IMG/VR virus record: IMGVR_UViG_3300040801_001572
Location: 1-64,000 of that record
Source of the DNA: a virus
DNA: 64,000 nucleotides
Direction: 5' to 3' (one strand)
The notes under the pieces are model-generated. The model had not been told where the DNA came from. It did not search any database and was given only the letters and a program-made list of their open reading frames with translations. The position numbers and the translations under genes are program-made. Shown here piece after piece: positions 41,201-49,756 of this stretch. The stretch's first letter is position 1, and every line of letters starts with the position of its first letter.

Positions 41201-42708
41201 GTTTCACCGAAGTGGTTATACACATTGTTTCTAGGACCATTATTAATTAGAATAATGTCGCCTTCGTTGATAGCTGCGTTCTGTGGCATAAGTGGGTCAA
41301 CAACTTCGCCTTCTTTATAAGGCACAAGTACCACAGTGTCGGTGCCACCGTCGTCGACAATTGTGATTTGCCACACAAACTGTCGTACAGTTAGAGGGTT
41401 ACCTTCGTCGTCGAGTACTTGGTCGTAATCCCATTCTAGGCCGTCCCAGTTACCCCTCAGTATCGGCGAGAATGTTTCGTCTAGTTCACCAGTTGGTGTC
41501 GGGTCCTGGTTATCCCAACCCGACGGAATTGACAGGGTAGAAAAATCACAAGGGAAAACAATTCTAGTTCCTGCAGAAACAGGACCTTCACTGAATATCG
41601 GAAGCGCTTGTACATCTGCAAGCGGCTGTCCTTGTACTGTGTTGAACTGCAAAGAGTTCACATCGCAACAGGTTATGCTGTTTCCGTTACCATTATCGTC
41701 TTTGTTTACGACCTGTGCAAAGTATTCTACTTCTGTTAAGAAATTTGTACCCGAACGGAATAATTCAATGTCACGGAAGAACTCGATGATTGGTCGTTGT
41801 GCTCTAACTGCATTGTCTGGGAAACCTTGTCCAGCGCCTGCAGATATAGCTTGGTTAATTACATCAATGTGATACCATTTGTTAGTTCTGCTCCATGCAT
41901 TAAGGTCTAGTGCACCTCGTTGCATAGTTACGTAATCAGGATTGAAGTTTGCAGTGTTGATACTGTCGAACGGCTGCGAATCCCATCTTGTGTTGTCGGA
42001 ACTAGGATCATTCGGGAACGAACTATCCCATGGCAAGTTAGCAGGATCTTCTTGTATTTGAATTTCTGTCTGATCAGCAACTAACAGTATTGCATCACCT
42101 ACATTTTCCACAGTGTAGATACGATTGTAACTTGCCGAACCTTGGAAACGAACACGCAGACCGCTAGTAAATTCTATGTCTTGTGGCGAAGCTGCTACGA
42201 CCTGAGTAGTATTGAAGTTTGCTTGTCCTAACACAAGTGTCTCAACATCAGTGTCAGTCATTCCTGAGATAATGATGTCGCTTAGTCTGTTAGGTAGCCA
42301 GAAATAGTTCTGGAAGTTTACAAACTTGTCTACGTCAATCGGAGGACTGTAGCTGTAGTATTCACCGTTAAACAATCTGTCGTGATTCTCAACGTCGCCT
42401 CCGTAGAAGCGAATTCGATCAATCATGTCTTTGTAGAAGAACTGATTGGTTTTCTCGAGCGTGTCGATATTAGTCGAATATGCAGTCGGTTCAAGCTGAT
42501 ACCAAGTTCTGTCTTTATCTGGCTCCGGCAAATAGAAATCGTTAATAGGATCGAACTCGCCGCCTACGCGACGACCGATAAATCCAGTTAGTCTATCTGC
42601 ATCTCTTTTAGAAAATACCTGATCAAACGTCGCATCAAAGAACTTGCGTTCTGTTACTGTTTGAAAGACGCTAGGTAAGCGACGGATGGTATCTGTGTTA
42701 TTTGCCAT
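32242..42708 (-). CDS. giant baseplate wedge-like protein with C-terminal alpha/beta hydrolase
   Basis: 3488 aa, directly after the gp6-like gene; C-terminal HGGGW, GFSAG, HGTDD, H. Confidence 0.8.
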   Translation of the reverse strand: MANNTDTIRRLPSVFQTVTERKFFDATFDQVFSKRDADRLTGFIGRRVGGEFDPINDFYLPEPDKDRTWYQLEPTAYSTNIDTLEKTNQFFYKDMIDRIRFYGGDVENHDRLFNGEYYSYSPPIDVDKFVNFQNYFWLPNRLSDIIISGMTDTDVETLVLGQANFNTTQVVAASPQDIEFTSGLRVRFQGSASYNRIYTVENVGDAILLVADQTEIQIQEDPANLPWDSSFPNDPSSDNTRWDSQPFDSINTANFNPDYVTMQRGALDLNAWSRTNKWYHIDVINQAISAGAGQGFPDNAVRAQRPIIEFFRDIELFRSGTNFLTEVEYFAQVVNKDDNGNGNSITCCDVNSLQFNTVQGQPLADVQALPIFSEGPVSAGTRIVFPCDFSTLSIPSGWDNQDPTPTGELDETFSPILRGNWDGLEWDYDQVLDDEGNPLTVRQFVWQITIVDDGGTDTVVLVPYKEGEVVDPLMPQNAAINEGDIILINNGPRNNVYNHFGETHFFTADVGTPSDNATWEPGLWVLAESQKTADTPFPKFNLYALDSLGGETYVPLDDDVLFPGSNFGGSEIFSYKLSTDPEAVIDGVLGLPIVFESLGQLSDIVFENDLQTERYSYVVDNNLVSIPGYYYYRTTSLTDDEADQTTWQLDNGWYQTEAESRQRVIDRYAAFRTDSTQIDYILSLAPLNDDAANMEVFVNSEPTTNFQFLYVNGEPTLRLINGVNSDEPEAQDIVQNDVIEAFTYTYGRLQEEDLGYFEIPQQIEANPTNLEVFDQSFSDLTPHFTTIIGNQIGVTGNSLGKNTYRDTLQDPSLGTFILQNQASLLRTMFASSTDDVDVIPAIRFAQNEYVNFKARFLKIATQRDIAGFSPLVGENEIFIDLWLEEILAVLSATREFSDSFAFSYMIGRSDVFRTEETTVDFNNPSFFDVDLSDPTNVLYLYKIVDTDNNDIYEQAELLLVDRDYIVTGTELGTEITFLPSDILSFGDEIIGRIYEDSPPAFIPATPAKLGMAPAVQPRFELDDSYVTPIFVLVGHDGSKTPTFGDITFDAENIPTSTDIRDLLLYELEKRIYNGINPKFNRDPNTLLRIEDIRPGYFRQLDTVNNEIIETDINRYTRDEFYKITESFFSKWSAENRADYRINEFYNSAEWRTWNYSTQVDPLTGENLPGHWKGIFEWLYDTCDPADAPWEMLGFSREPDWWEATPDTGDGFNGYGPGPYPSTDPLWADLEAGLVRRGTRAGVNEEFVRPGLSTVLPVDGAGAIRPIADIFGLDPLGQWDGVDGPWVYGDGAPVERAWYESSEYYFSQLEFYYLMRPAEFGEFFWAPADLDFRGDQLLDLLTNERLKNETQTVHGETVSGSVVYRTGYQQYISDRLFFLSKNITDNFGNLVRNLDINLGYKTASFTNQDTLRFRLSSSSTGSSTGNLLVPTNNYQTFLYTGSSIRDYTYSGVIVRANADGTFTVYGYDLLCQTFKVLPARDTSRAIQVNQGGTPAAFREFEFGETYSAGDIVRYRTQFYQANVSHTADTFVSANWTRLNALPEVGGITVTYFPDRVDEPEIVPYATILPDAQAVFDFLIGYGAFLESEGFNFERSNDLNQILNWRLAGDQFLFWVVNEWAPDNALFLSPGADAVTLEVETGYPANVEKLSNGVYSILDKRGVSINPQDTLINRQDRFIQVVPNDLGTGVYYLRVSAKETEHIVLFDNITEFNDTVYDPLLRVRQDRLQFTGTKTNNWFGKLEAPGFLVQDNTLIQNFDNLAESIRRYYDTETALDNPEIEAGARHLIGQENREFLDELEISDDVQFNFYQGFIRQKGTANAVDKLLRSDAITGKDDISFTEEWAFKIADFGGTDENITIEFVSNFDEVRSDPQTYRLNYVRSGTGSVRDIVIYNAEDFYASVPGITVVPANGETPTVEATATATLNSNNRLESITVTNAGEGYTGAPDIVIEDTRVDTSNPQTDFAYSVFQPDVVQDLSTDAIVEVDIDDTDKWVLRPRGVDARFAVPTTEKNWLDYTAPNAGYVHLDDVNRTAFNTEAVFSLPDIEPLGFEDTIWVAVNKQEDWGVYILFSGAASNIRSSADGFGNNQFDNNPWDSETGGTGDMVLLDIDNSFFIGDSEELPRRYLDHEFSGSFNDSGIIVIETPDLNEVYRYSYDSDLGVWFLQNQDGTPVSWDETFAPTDTSFINAYTPFNLRFRTQSERVKYNFDRNYLSWVDDVDGLWRVEFLGDGIQAWDTLAWDSGTEGFDTGTTLFRQQNVLVDTSLYENAFIRDIRTADTLSRLPVYDPFKDILAGPADQNIDFKSARDPARYTNASDERLINPSRTFGEAQVGMIWWDYTNTRFLYYEQPPIFPQRNDFTERTNNLLYRRDNWGRLFPGSSADVYEWVKSPVPPAQYNGDGTPRNTTDFVQIDEFDTFNRITTTNYYFWVTDKTEKPSNIPNRTLTTIEIERLISNPRALGYSWFSPIQLTEQTNSVTFANVDNILSNRNAVLQVNYKLREDANVAHDQWQLIGEGDRFSEIPDYLWNKTIDSLVGYTDVLPADEYSQGVPVSDTEVVLPVPSPTLSENEKYGIRIRPQQSLFVDVNGARKVMAQKINSIMNDIQLWNARFLNWNEDLTGYDPLDPFAGGTYWQFVDWFEDGYDATNTTAKLQVENLTELLALAGTIPDGTLVRVFPTVPDVNDVFEIYEYAASDETFTLVRRQNGTINFLDTVYTDQNNVTLYREIRELLTALRDNVFISELEINENFFFFSMVNYALSEQKDVDWVFKTTYIRFLQDNVLLEQRPNFEPDLLDEFLSYVEEAKPYHTKLRDATTVLVSTEDLAPGTAFDDAIGERICVPLDTPIVDPINPDQEITESCYWDDDSITENLRLFNIRLNYSRVWCSEEERDEYLSTFTEQFDSEPWDTTAFDGDLAASTGPSYLLDTQAGDCSRLAISGGAFLLGWDTVPSDGNITIFGFDEITGVPSGYESTVTPQGIVWTQVSNGLGELLYGWDLNTFNGSIGDFLFSETDPDLLVDASAFGSAGETPEEQILLAPVEDVVISLDYIATASVGWDNQDTTDSGFTDDNSDPILLGNWDGDLWDATTGAPTDIGYRLHKTPFGTFEYSRTCDAASTTLEEDLTPLSTTIDVADASVLAVPDVGEPGVIWINAERIEYWIISGDTLIDIRRGTNGTRIASHPQGSRVNDGSELQAIQDPNDVAALPTNQTFVNTGGDRVPLTDPWFSADVAGSGEVQVDANGDIVLFARTAQASFLLDCPGTTSNLTYLYDELYGADTVFNLYDAVLPNQINKPVVMFVHGGGWFTGDKQIGPQFDSKIMQQYARLGYPTVNINYELGVHDLGVQDIIEAKNFMAATYGQPVIMMGFSAGGHLATLASQLDPTDVSGVVSFYGVYDFDTLDPATLGGAFAAAYQGAFPSSAVSPTLNPLPGTVEYLILHGTDDIIVDVSQAQLMAATFPQIEYIEIEGENHTFFPNKYPEVLEFVRSIT

Positions 42709-42711
42709 GTA

Positions 42712-45700
42712 TTAAAGTCTCAAGTTTGTATCAGTATAGTTTGCTACAATTACCACGCTGTCTACTGTAGCAGTAGACAGGAATATTTCATCTGGGTTTG
42801 ATGTAATTTCGAATAAGTCGCCGAATTCTGATTCTTCCTTTTCAGGAACAATCACCACTGAGCTAAGGAATCTACTTAGCTGTGTATGGATAAACGCAGC
42901 TAGTTCTGTATAGTAGAATGTTTCACCGAAGTCCCAGTTATCAATATCAAAGTATTCATCAATTGCATCGATAATTCTTGTTTTCAACTCGTTGTCACTA
43001 ATTGTTGCAGTCGGTATTTTTACTGCCTTAAATGTTGCTCTTAGCTCTGGCTCTGCTTGCGGACCAAACAGAATTTTAAACTTGCCCGAGTTGTAAATAA
43101 TCTCATCTGAGATGCTCTTAAACTGGTTAAGTTCCCCAAACTGAACTCTTAGCTCTTCAGTTGTCGGAGGAGCCGGCAGATCAGCAGCAGTTCCTCTTTC
43201 GTCTTTCCATACTAAGACTGCATCGTTATACGAATTTGTTAATAGAACAGTGTCAATGATGTTAGTCGAGCTCGGATCAATTCTTTGGTCGGCTGGAGCA
43301 ACATGATTCCATTTGTAAACTAAAATCTCTCTGTCCGGAATCGGCACATTAGTATCTTGGTTGAACGATATGCCGTTTCTTCCGAAGTGGTTTGGATCTT
43401 GTTCTTCTGTAACAACAGTTCCATTTAACACTAAGTTTCGATACACAGGTGTGCCAATGTTTGTGCCCACAGGGCCTACGCGAAGTGTCTTGCTGTTAAT
43501 TGTAGAAACAAACGTTGACAGGTTCACGTTGGTCGAATACGTTGCATTTAGGATGTTCACAATCTCATCAATTACTGCTTGATCTAAGAAGATGAATATG
43601 TCCGCATCGCTTAATGCTAGTTCCAGGCCGCTGCCTTGTCCGAATCCCATCTCATCAATTGTTGCATTTGGTGTAGTAGGAATAATCACTTCTATGTTTG
43701 CCGCAGTTACAGATCCTAACAAATCACTCTGCCCGGACACCCACGGTCTTGTTCTTTCGTATCCGTCGATGTCTATAAATCTTTCAAAGATCACTTCGTC
43801 GTCGTCTGCTACTAGTTTTCTAAACGCAGCAGGTACATCCGGTGCTCCGTCTTCGTCTTGGTCAGCAGCTACTACTTCTATCTTTGCAGGATCCTGGAAA
43901 CCATCTTCCTGAATGAATACACCGGAAAGCTCCCAGCTTACTGTCTCGTCTAGTGGCTGGCCGTCTGCGTCGGTGTTTACATTTTTCACAATGTCAATTG
44001 TGTCTTGTACTGGTCTACCTGTTTGTGCGCTGAACACCTGCTGGTCAGGATCGAAGAAAAATCTAGCTTGGTTAAGTGATTCGAAAATTGTCACTGTTCC
44101 TCTAGAAATAAATTCGTAACTGTCGGCCTGGCCTTGTCCGCTGTTAAACTTCGCAAGTATTAACCACTCGCCTGGCTCAGCTCCTTGGATTAAGTTGCCG
44201 CCTGGTGCATTTAATTGGAATTGTGCAAATTCATCGACTTGTGCTGCATCTAGCACATACCACGGGTCAGCATTGTTACCGACGTTGTAGCCAAGTGCAA
44301 AGTCAACTCTCGCGGTAATTCTCGATTCGATGTCTGCTAACACCGATGCACTAAAGCTGTCGTTGAAGTTCGGGAAAACTTCAACGGCTTGATAATTTCT
44401 AATTACTTCCGCACCTAGTTCGATTGGACCGATACTGAATCCACTGCCAACAACACCGTTGTTAACAATTGACCTTACTGCAATGTTTCTAGTTTCTGTA
44501 GGAGTAGTTGCATTATCTTGGAAGATAAGTGTTGCTCCGCCCTCAATGTAAGAGTATGCAGGATTAGCCTGAGTAGAAACATTAATGCTGCTGTTTGGAT
44601 TATTCGAAGAAGAGTCTGTACTCAAGAAGCCAGTATCGTTTTTGGTCTTGTCTGGCAGATTCCTCCAGAAGTTCCCGTTAGTTCCAGTGAGCTCGAAATA
44701 ATTTTCGCCCGCATTACTAGGCTCTAAGAATTCACTTAGGTAATCGTTGTCAAAGAATGTTTGCAACGCCGTACTTTGTGCAAATTGTTCAATTTGGAAA
44801 GTAACTGCATCAGTAATCTCACTTTCTACTGTGCTGGTCAATTCAATTACAGATCTTTGTTCTTCGTTGTCGTTGTACAAGGCGCCATCGTCGCCCAACA
44901 CTGTTAGATCGGTATGGAAACCAGTCGGATCGTTTACTGCGATATAACGACTGTGACCTGCGTGAGTCCTATTAATAGCACGTATTTTTGCAATTTCGTT
45001 TCCGCGTAGCAAAGGAAAGACATTATAGTCTTCGTTGTTCACCATGCGCTCTTGCGTATAGTAGGTTTGCGGAGCACGTAGTTTAATCTGCTCGTCTGTT
45101 TCCGTTGCTGCACCATTTGCCACAGTCTGTAGCAAATCAAATGTAATAGTTAAGTTATAAGTCTGTCCATCTACACCAACATAAGGAATAGTGATTTGCA
45201 ATCCTGTTGCATCTTCCGGGCGAATAACAATGTTACGTCCGATGCTGGTTCTGTACCAGTAACGCAAAATGCCAGTTGGTGTATTACCGAAATTACCATC
45301 AGCATACTTGACAGAGATTCTATCGTTAACTTGTGTGATAACTTCGAATATATTTCTTTCGTTAAAGTTGACACTGTTAAAAATAACATTCGAGCCACTA
45401 ACACTAGGAACCTGCTCCCACTGGTTAATCACAACGCCCTGGTCGTCAATCTCTTGTACATACACATCAGTTTGGTTAATGTTGTCAACGTTAATGTCTT
45501 CTACACGGTTAGGAACAGGGAAATCATAACGGAAGTCCTGTTTCTGTAGTGTTCCCTGGCGGAAGTACAAAAAGAAACCTGTGTTATCGGAACTAGTGCC
45601 TAAACTGTCGTTTCTGTACAGCATGCCAAACGGTGCATCTGGATCTGGATCTCTCTCAAATATAGTCTCACCGTCGACAAAGTCAGGATTAACAACATCA

Positions 45701-46335
45701 ACAGGAACAGTCTCTCCGTTTACACGTATTGACACAGGCTGTGTCACGTTAAGACCCAGCACATTGTTTAGTTCGTACAGGTCAGTAGGAATACTGCCAA
45801 TTGTTCCGCTTTTAGTAGGACGGCCAAATGGATTAGTAGGGCTCAGTGCATTATTAATGATAGTAAGGAACTGATCGAACCAGTCTGGGTTGTTAGGATC
45901 ACTCCAAAATACCGCAGTGTTTTGCAAGCTGTTACCGACGCTGTCTGTAAGGGGCTGCGTTGTTCTTATGCTTGCTACTTTAAACAGTCCATTTGCTGCT
46001 AGGTTGCGTCGAGGCTGATAATTAATAAGTCTCGCAAGACGCACAATGCTTTCGCGTCTTTGGGCAGTGTCCATGATGTTTTCACGGCTGTTAAGATCGA
46101 CACGAAACGCTAGGCTAGTTCCTAGATACGCTAACAATTCAATGATTGCAATAAATTCTGAACTTTCAATGTAGTCATTGAAATCTTCTGGATACTGTGT
46201 TCTTACGTACTCAACCAATGCTTGTTTGATTGTGTCGAAATCATATGCGGTAAAATCAATGTCCTGGAAAGACTTATAGATTTTAGTGAAATCTTCAGCC
46301 GCAAACAGATTGCTCTGTCTAACTATCTGACTCAT
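42712..46335 (-). CDS. baseplate wedge subunit (T4 gp6-like)
   Basis: DFDTIK..L...FNDY.ESS...E..MDTA.RR.SI..LA..INY.P. Confidence 0.85.
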   Translation of the reverse strand: MSQIVRQSNLFAAEDFTKIYKSFQDIDFTAYDFDTIKQALVEYVRTQYPEDFNDYIESSEFIAIIELLAYLGTSLAFRVDLNSRENIMDTAQRRESIVRLARLINYQPRRNLAANGLFKVASIRTTQPLTDSVGNSLQNTAVFWSDPNNPDWFDQFLTIINNALSPTNPFGRPTKSGTIGSIPTDLYELNNVLGLNVTQPVSIRVNGETVPVDVVNPDFVDGETIFERDPDPDAPFGMLYRNDSLGTSSDNTGFFLYFRQGTLQKQDFRYDFPVPNRVEDINVDNINQTDVYVQEIDDQGVVINQWEQVPSVSGSNVIFNSVNFNERNIFEVITQVNDRISVKYADGNFGNTPTGILRYWYRTSIGRNIVIRPEDATGLQITIPYVGVDGQTYNLTITFDLLQTVANGAATETDEQIKLRAPQTYYTQERMVNNEDYNVFPLLRGNEIAKIRAINRTHAGHSRYIAVNDPTGFHTDLTVLGDDGALYNDNEEQRSVIELTSTVESEITDAVTFQIEQFAQSTALQTFFDNDYLSEFLEPSNAGENYFELTGTNGNFWRNLPDKTKNDTGFLSTDSSSNNPNSSINVSTQANPAYSYIEGGATLIFQDNATTPTETRNIAVRSIVNNGVVGSGFSIGPIELGAEVIRNYQAVEVFPNFNDSFSASVLADIESRITARVDFALGYNVGNNADPWYVLDAAQVDEFAQFQLNAPGGNLIQGAEPGEWLILAKFNSGQGQADSYEFISRGTVTIFESLNQARFFFDPDQQVFSAQTGRPVQDTIDIVKNVNTDADGQPLDETVSWELSGVFIQEDGFQDPAKIEVVAADQDEDGAPDVPAAFRKLVADDDEVIFERFIDIDGYERTRPWVSGQSDLLGSVTAANIEVIIPTTPNATIDEMGFGQGSGLELALSDADIFIFLDQAVIDEIVNILNATYSTNVNLSTFVSTINSKTLRVGPVGTNIGTPVYRNLVLNGTVVTEEQDPNHFGRNGISFNQDTNVPIPDREILVYKWNHVAPADQRIDPSSTNIIDTVLLTNSYNDAVLVWKDERGTAADLPAPPTTEELRVQFGELNQFKSISDEIIYNSGKFKILFGPQAEPELRATFKAVKIPTATISDNELKTRIIDAIDEYFDIDNWDFGETFYYTELAAFIHTQLSRFLSSVVIVPEKEESEFGDLFEITSNPDEIFLSTATVDSVVIVANYTDTNLRL

Positions 46336-46739
46336 TAAACTGCGTCCTCGCTGTCTCTGACAAAGTCAATAAACAATGTCTCTGCTGTGTCGCCTGGCGT
46401 ATAAATTAATCTTAGTTCGATCTGAAGACCGTAGTCTGTTTCGACTACATTGGAACTTTCTAGTGTTGCACGAGGCTCAAATGTAAGAACACGGTCGATG
46501 TCTTCTAGTACTTCATCTCTAGTAAAGTCATCAAACGGCTCAAACAACAAATCATGAATTCTGCTTCCGAACTCTGGTAACATCACACGTTCGCCGATTC
46601 TAGTCTGAAACACATTAAGTAGATCTTGCTTAACACACTCAATATCGGTAACCGTGTAAGGCGGCTGAGTTCTTTGGTAGGTAGTGAATCCAACATATGT
46701 TGGTGTGCTAGCTCTGCTTTGCTGTGTAATAATCGGCAT
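46335..46739 (-). CDS. baseplate wedge subunit (gp25-like)
   Basis: T..GERVM.PEFGS.I..LLFEP...EPR. Confidence 0.9.
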   Translation of the reverse strand: MPIITQQSRASTPTYVGFTTYQRTQPPYTVTDIECVKQDLLNVFQTRIGERVMLPEFGSRIHDLLFEPFDDFTRDEVLEDIDRVLTFEPRATLESSNVVETDYGLQIELRLIYTPGDTAETLFIDFVRDSEDAV

Positions 46740-46879
46740 TTTTGTTTCCAAAATTCATTTTCGTTTATTTATCATGGAATAATTAAGTGGTGTTTTAATT
46801 CTTGACATCAGCATTTCACGGTGCTATTATTAGCGAGTGACTTAGGTCATACTGTGTTCAATAACCGAGAAATATAATA

Positions 46880-47116
46880 ATGAGCAGAAAAATTGACATC
46901 TCTCGTTTCGAATCTTTAGTTGGTGCTGCTGAGAAATATAACAGCAGCCATCCTGGCAAAAGATTTTACCCAATCCAAACACGAGAAGGAAAGATCTTGA
47001 TCTTCGGTATGTATGATTACAAGACCAAGAAATATTCCGTGTCTAAGCCGTTTGAGGACGTCAATAAGATTTTTGACGAAATTGAACAGATGCTCAAGCG
47101 AGCAAAAGCGCTTTAA
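46880..47116 (+). CDS. hypothetical protein
   Basis: own TTGACA-17-TATTAT promoter at 46802; hairpin at 47121-47137. Confidence 0.7.
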   Translation: MSRKIDISRFESLVGAAEKYNSSHPGKRFYPIQTREGKILIFGMYDYKTKKYSVSKPFEDVNKIFDEIEQMLKRAKAL

Positions 47117-47198
47117 TTAAAGGGGCTTCGGCCCCTATTCAAGAATAAAAGACCTTCAACTGTCGGGAAAAAACTCTTTTTCTGACATAAATATCTAT

Positions 47199-47411
47199 AT
47201 GAATATTAAAGAAGAACTCGAGTTAGCTGAAAGAGAACGCAGAGAATTCGAAGATAGTTTACCCCTAGAAGAAGAGAAAATTCGTCGGCTGATGAAGCGT
47301 AATCCTGAGTTAGAATATCCTAGATCCAGGGAATGGGCAATCGAAGAAATTCGAAAAATGTACAAGATAAGAATCGATTTACTAGAAAAAATACTAAAGT
47401 ACTCTAAATAA
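47199..47411 (+). CDS. hypothetical charged protein
   Basis: ORF after an ATAAATA motif. Confidence 0.45.
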   Translation: MNIKEELELAERERREFEDSLPLEEEKIRRLMKRNPELEYPRSREWAIEEIRKMYKIRIDLLEKILKYSK

Positions 47412-48063
47412 CTTTGCAATTTTCGAAATGCCACCTAACCATTCCCGATTTGTGTCCGGATTTATTGCAATGTGGGCAAGTCACAACGGGCGATAGCTGA
47501 GGTTTTCCTTTCTGTCTGGCAGATATTGCTTCGCCGAAAGATTTATCGTATTTTCTGCCCTTCTGATTTTGCGATCGTTTTTGACGCAACTCGTCAGAGA
47601 TGCCATTTTTGCGAAAATGTGATTTAAGTGATTCGCTAATCTTGATTTTAGTCGAATCAGAGATCTCTCTAGTGCTATTAGATTCCGAAATTCTCTGTCG
47701 CTGGTAGTCGGATAGTTCTCTGCCGGTCATTTGCTCTGAAACAGCATTGGCGTGTTTCCTTCGTAACCAGCCATACATTTTGTTGTTGCCGGCATTGCAA
47801 GTGGATCCGTCGGTCATCCTTTTAACAGCATAGATTAGACTGCGATTGTTGGGATTTAATTTAACCAGTAACTGATGAACGACAAAGTGTTCTTCAGGTG
47901 TCAGATACACTAGATTTTCTATATCATCTGAGCCTCCCAAACACCTAGGTACAATGTGGTGTAACTCAAAGTATCCTTTTTTATTTTTCTTTTGAAGCTT
48001 ACGAATTTTAAATTGATTTAAAGCCGAATATATTATATTGTCGTGTATCTTTTTATAATTCAT
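47404..48063 (-). CDS. free-standing HNH homing endonuclease
   Basis: HHIVPRCLGG...NLV.LT.EEH...H; NUMOD3-like repeats; CPHC...RWHF.NC. Confidence 0.85.
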   Translation of the reverse strand: MNYKKIHDNIIYSALNQFKIRKLQKKNKKGYFELHHIVPRCLGGSDDIENLVYLTPEEHFVVHQLLVKLNPNNRSLIYAVKRMTDGSTCNAGNNKMYGWLRRKHANAVSEQMTGRELSDYQRQRISESNSTREISDSTKIKISESLKSHFRKNGISDELRQKRSQNQKGRKYDKSFGEAISARQKGKPQLSPVVTCPHCNKSGHKSGMVRWHFENCKVI

Positions 48064-49756
48064 CCTGATCACCACGATTTAAATGTTCTCTGCAGGGTTC
48101 GTAGGTCATGAGCCTTTGAACTATAGTCTGGATCTCTTCTGTGTTGCGATCCCAGTAATTTGGAATTGTAGCGGTCCTCTGTGCGGAAGCAGCAGACACT
48201 CGACTGTTAGGGCCTTGGTCGTTTCCTAGCTTAATTACTGCGTCACCATTAAATTCCGCTAGAACGTTGGTTTTAGTAACTGTAGGAATTGCATCAATTG
48301 GTGTTGCTTCTGCAGCTTCCGGGCCAGTTGGAGGCGAAGGCTGTGATCCAGCACCGCCTCCACCTACGGCAGGATTCGATCCGCCGTGTACGTGTCCTAC
48401 CAATCCTACTGTTGGTGTTTGGAAATTAGTAGCAAACATCGACCCTTCAGCAACGACATTGCCATCTGTTCCGATGGTGCCACCTGCTAGGAATGTACCG
48501 GTAATTTCTAAATTGCCAGAGCTGTCTAAGTTAAAATTAGTTGACTTAGTAGCAGTTGAACCGCCCATGGTCTCTTGGTAATCGCCGTCTACACGTAAAT
48601 CTGCATTACCAGCAACACGCTCTGTTCTATTACCAGTTTGGATATCTGTATCAACATTGCCATTAGTAACTGTCGTGGAAACATTGTCGTCGACTAGAAC
48701 GTTTAGATTATTGGCCGCTTGGATGTTGATATCGCCGCCGGTGCCAGCACCTTCACCTACAATAGCAGTTCCGTCACTGTCTTGGGCAGCTTTCATGTTG
48801 ATACTCTGGCCGGCTTCGATGTTTACATTGCCATCTGCACGTAAATTAAAATCTTGCTCAGACCTCATAGATATGCTTTGGGCGCCAAAGATGTCCACGT
48901 TACCGTCAGCATCCATTTGTATCCACGATGTTCCTGCTTTGTTTATAGCATAAATTAAGCCGTTGGTTTCGTCTAGACGTATCATTGCACCAGAACGTGT
49001 ACGAAAACCGATGTACTCATCGTTGCCGTCAGTGTCGCCGTCGTCCATTACAAAGGTGTGGCCGCCCAGTCTCCCAATTCCTTGCTCCGGGTTGTTTCGT
49101 CTCGGATCAACAGGCCCTGGTGTACTAAGACCAAACACACGACTTGGCGATTCTCTCATTGCAGAGCTAGAAGTTAGCCCTCTCACACGATCACGTATTA
49201 GTCCTTGCTGGCCGATTCCTCTTGTTCTTGTTTCGTGCCAAGGACGTCTAGGGAAAATCTCATCAACTGTATCTAGTGTTCTGTCCCACTTGTTGTATTC
49301 TGATACCGGAACAGGTTCGTCTGGATTAGTTACGCTGACTCCGCCTGGTGCATTGTTCTTGTTCATAGAACTCGATGCGATACCTGGCACTTCATGTAGC
49401 ATGTATTCTTTAAATAGACTTCCGATCCAAAATGCTCTGTCAACTTGTCCACTGGCAAAAATTACCAAAACTTCGTTGTTGATATCGGGAGGCACAGCCC
49501 AAAAACCGTATGCATTTTGTGTGTCTTGTTGCGTATCAACAATGCTTTGCGAGTTAGCATTGCGGTCTGTTGCGCCTGCAAACGGCGAACAATAGTCGCA
49601 GGTAATCCACGTAGACTCGTCGAATTCGTCTCCGTCTTGATCAGGTATCCACACACGAATACGACCTGCTCTTTTTGAGTCTTGGTTATCTTTTACTATA
49701 CCGATATAAATTCGGTCTAGAAATTTTTCGCCTATAGTTCTATGTTGCTTTGGCAT
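48053..49756 (-). CDS. baseplate spike protein (gp5/VgrG-like)
   Basis: D....GRIRVW...YG.W..PP....VLV.F N-domain; GHTFVMDD; beta-helix-like repeats. Confidence 0.85.
   Translation of the reverse strand: MPKQHRTIGEKFLDRIYIGIVKDNQDSKRAGRIRVWIPDQDGDEFDESTWITCDYCSPFAGATDRNANSQSIVDTQQDTQNAYGFWAVPPDINNEVLVIFASGQVDRAFWIGSLFKEYMLHEVPGIASSSMNKNNAPGGVSVTNPDEPVPVSEYNKWDRTLDTVDEIFPRRPWHETRTRGIGQQGLIRDRVRGLTSSSAMRESPSRVFGLSTPGPVDPRRNNPEQGIGRLGGHTFVMDDGDTDGNDEYIGFRTRSGAMIRLDETNGLIYAINKAGTSWIQMDADGNVDIFGAQSISMRSEQDFNLRADGNVNIEAGQSINMKAAQDSDGTAIVGEGAGTGGDINIQAANNLNVLVDDNVSTTVTNGNVDTDIQTGNRTERVAGNADLRVDGDYQETMGGSTATKSTNFNLDSSGNLEITGTFLAGGTIGTDGNVVAEGSMFATNFQTPTVGLVGHVHGGSNPAVGGGGAGSQPSPPTGPEAAEATPIDAIPTVTKTNVLAEFNGDAVIKLGNDQGPNSRVSAASAQRTATIPNYWDRNTEEIQTIVQRLMTYEPCREHLNRGDQDEL

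Noticed and set aside
48053-49756. Lysozyme domain in the gp5-like spike
   Set aside because: No T4-lysozyme or other muralytic motif recognised.
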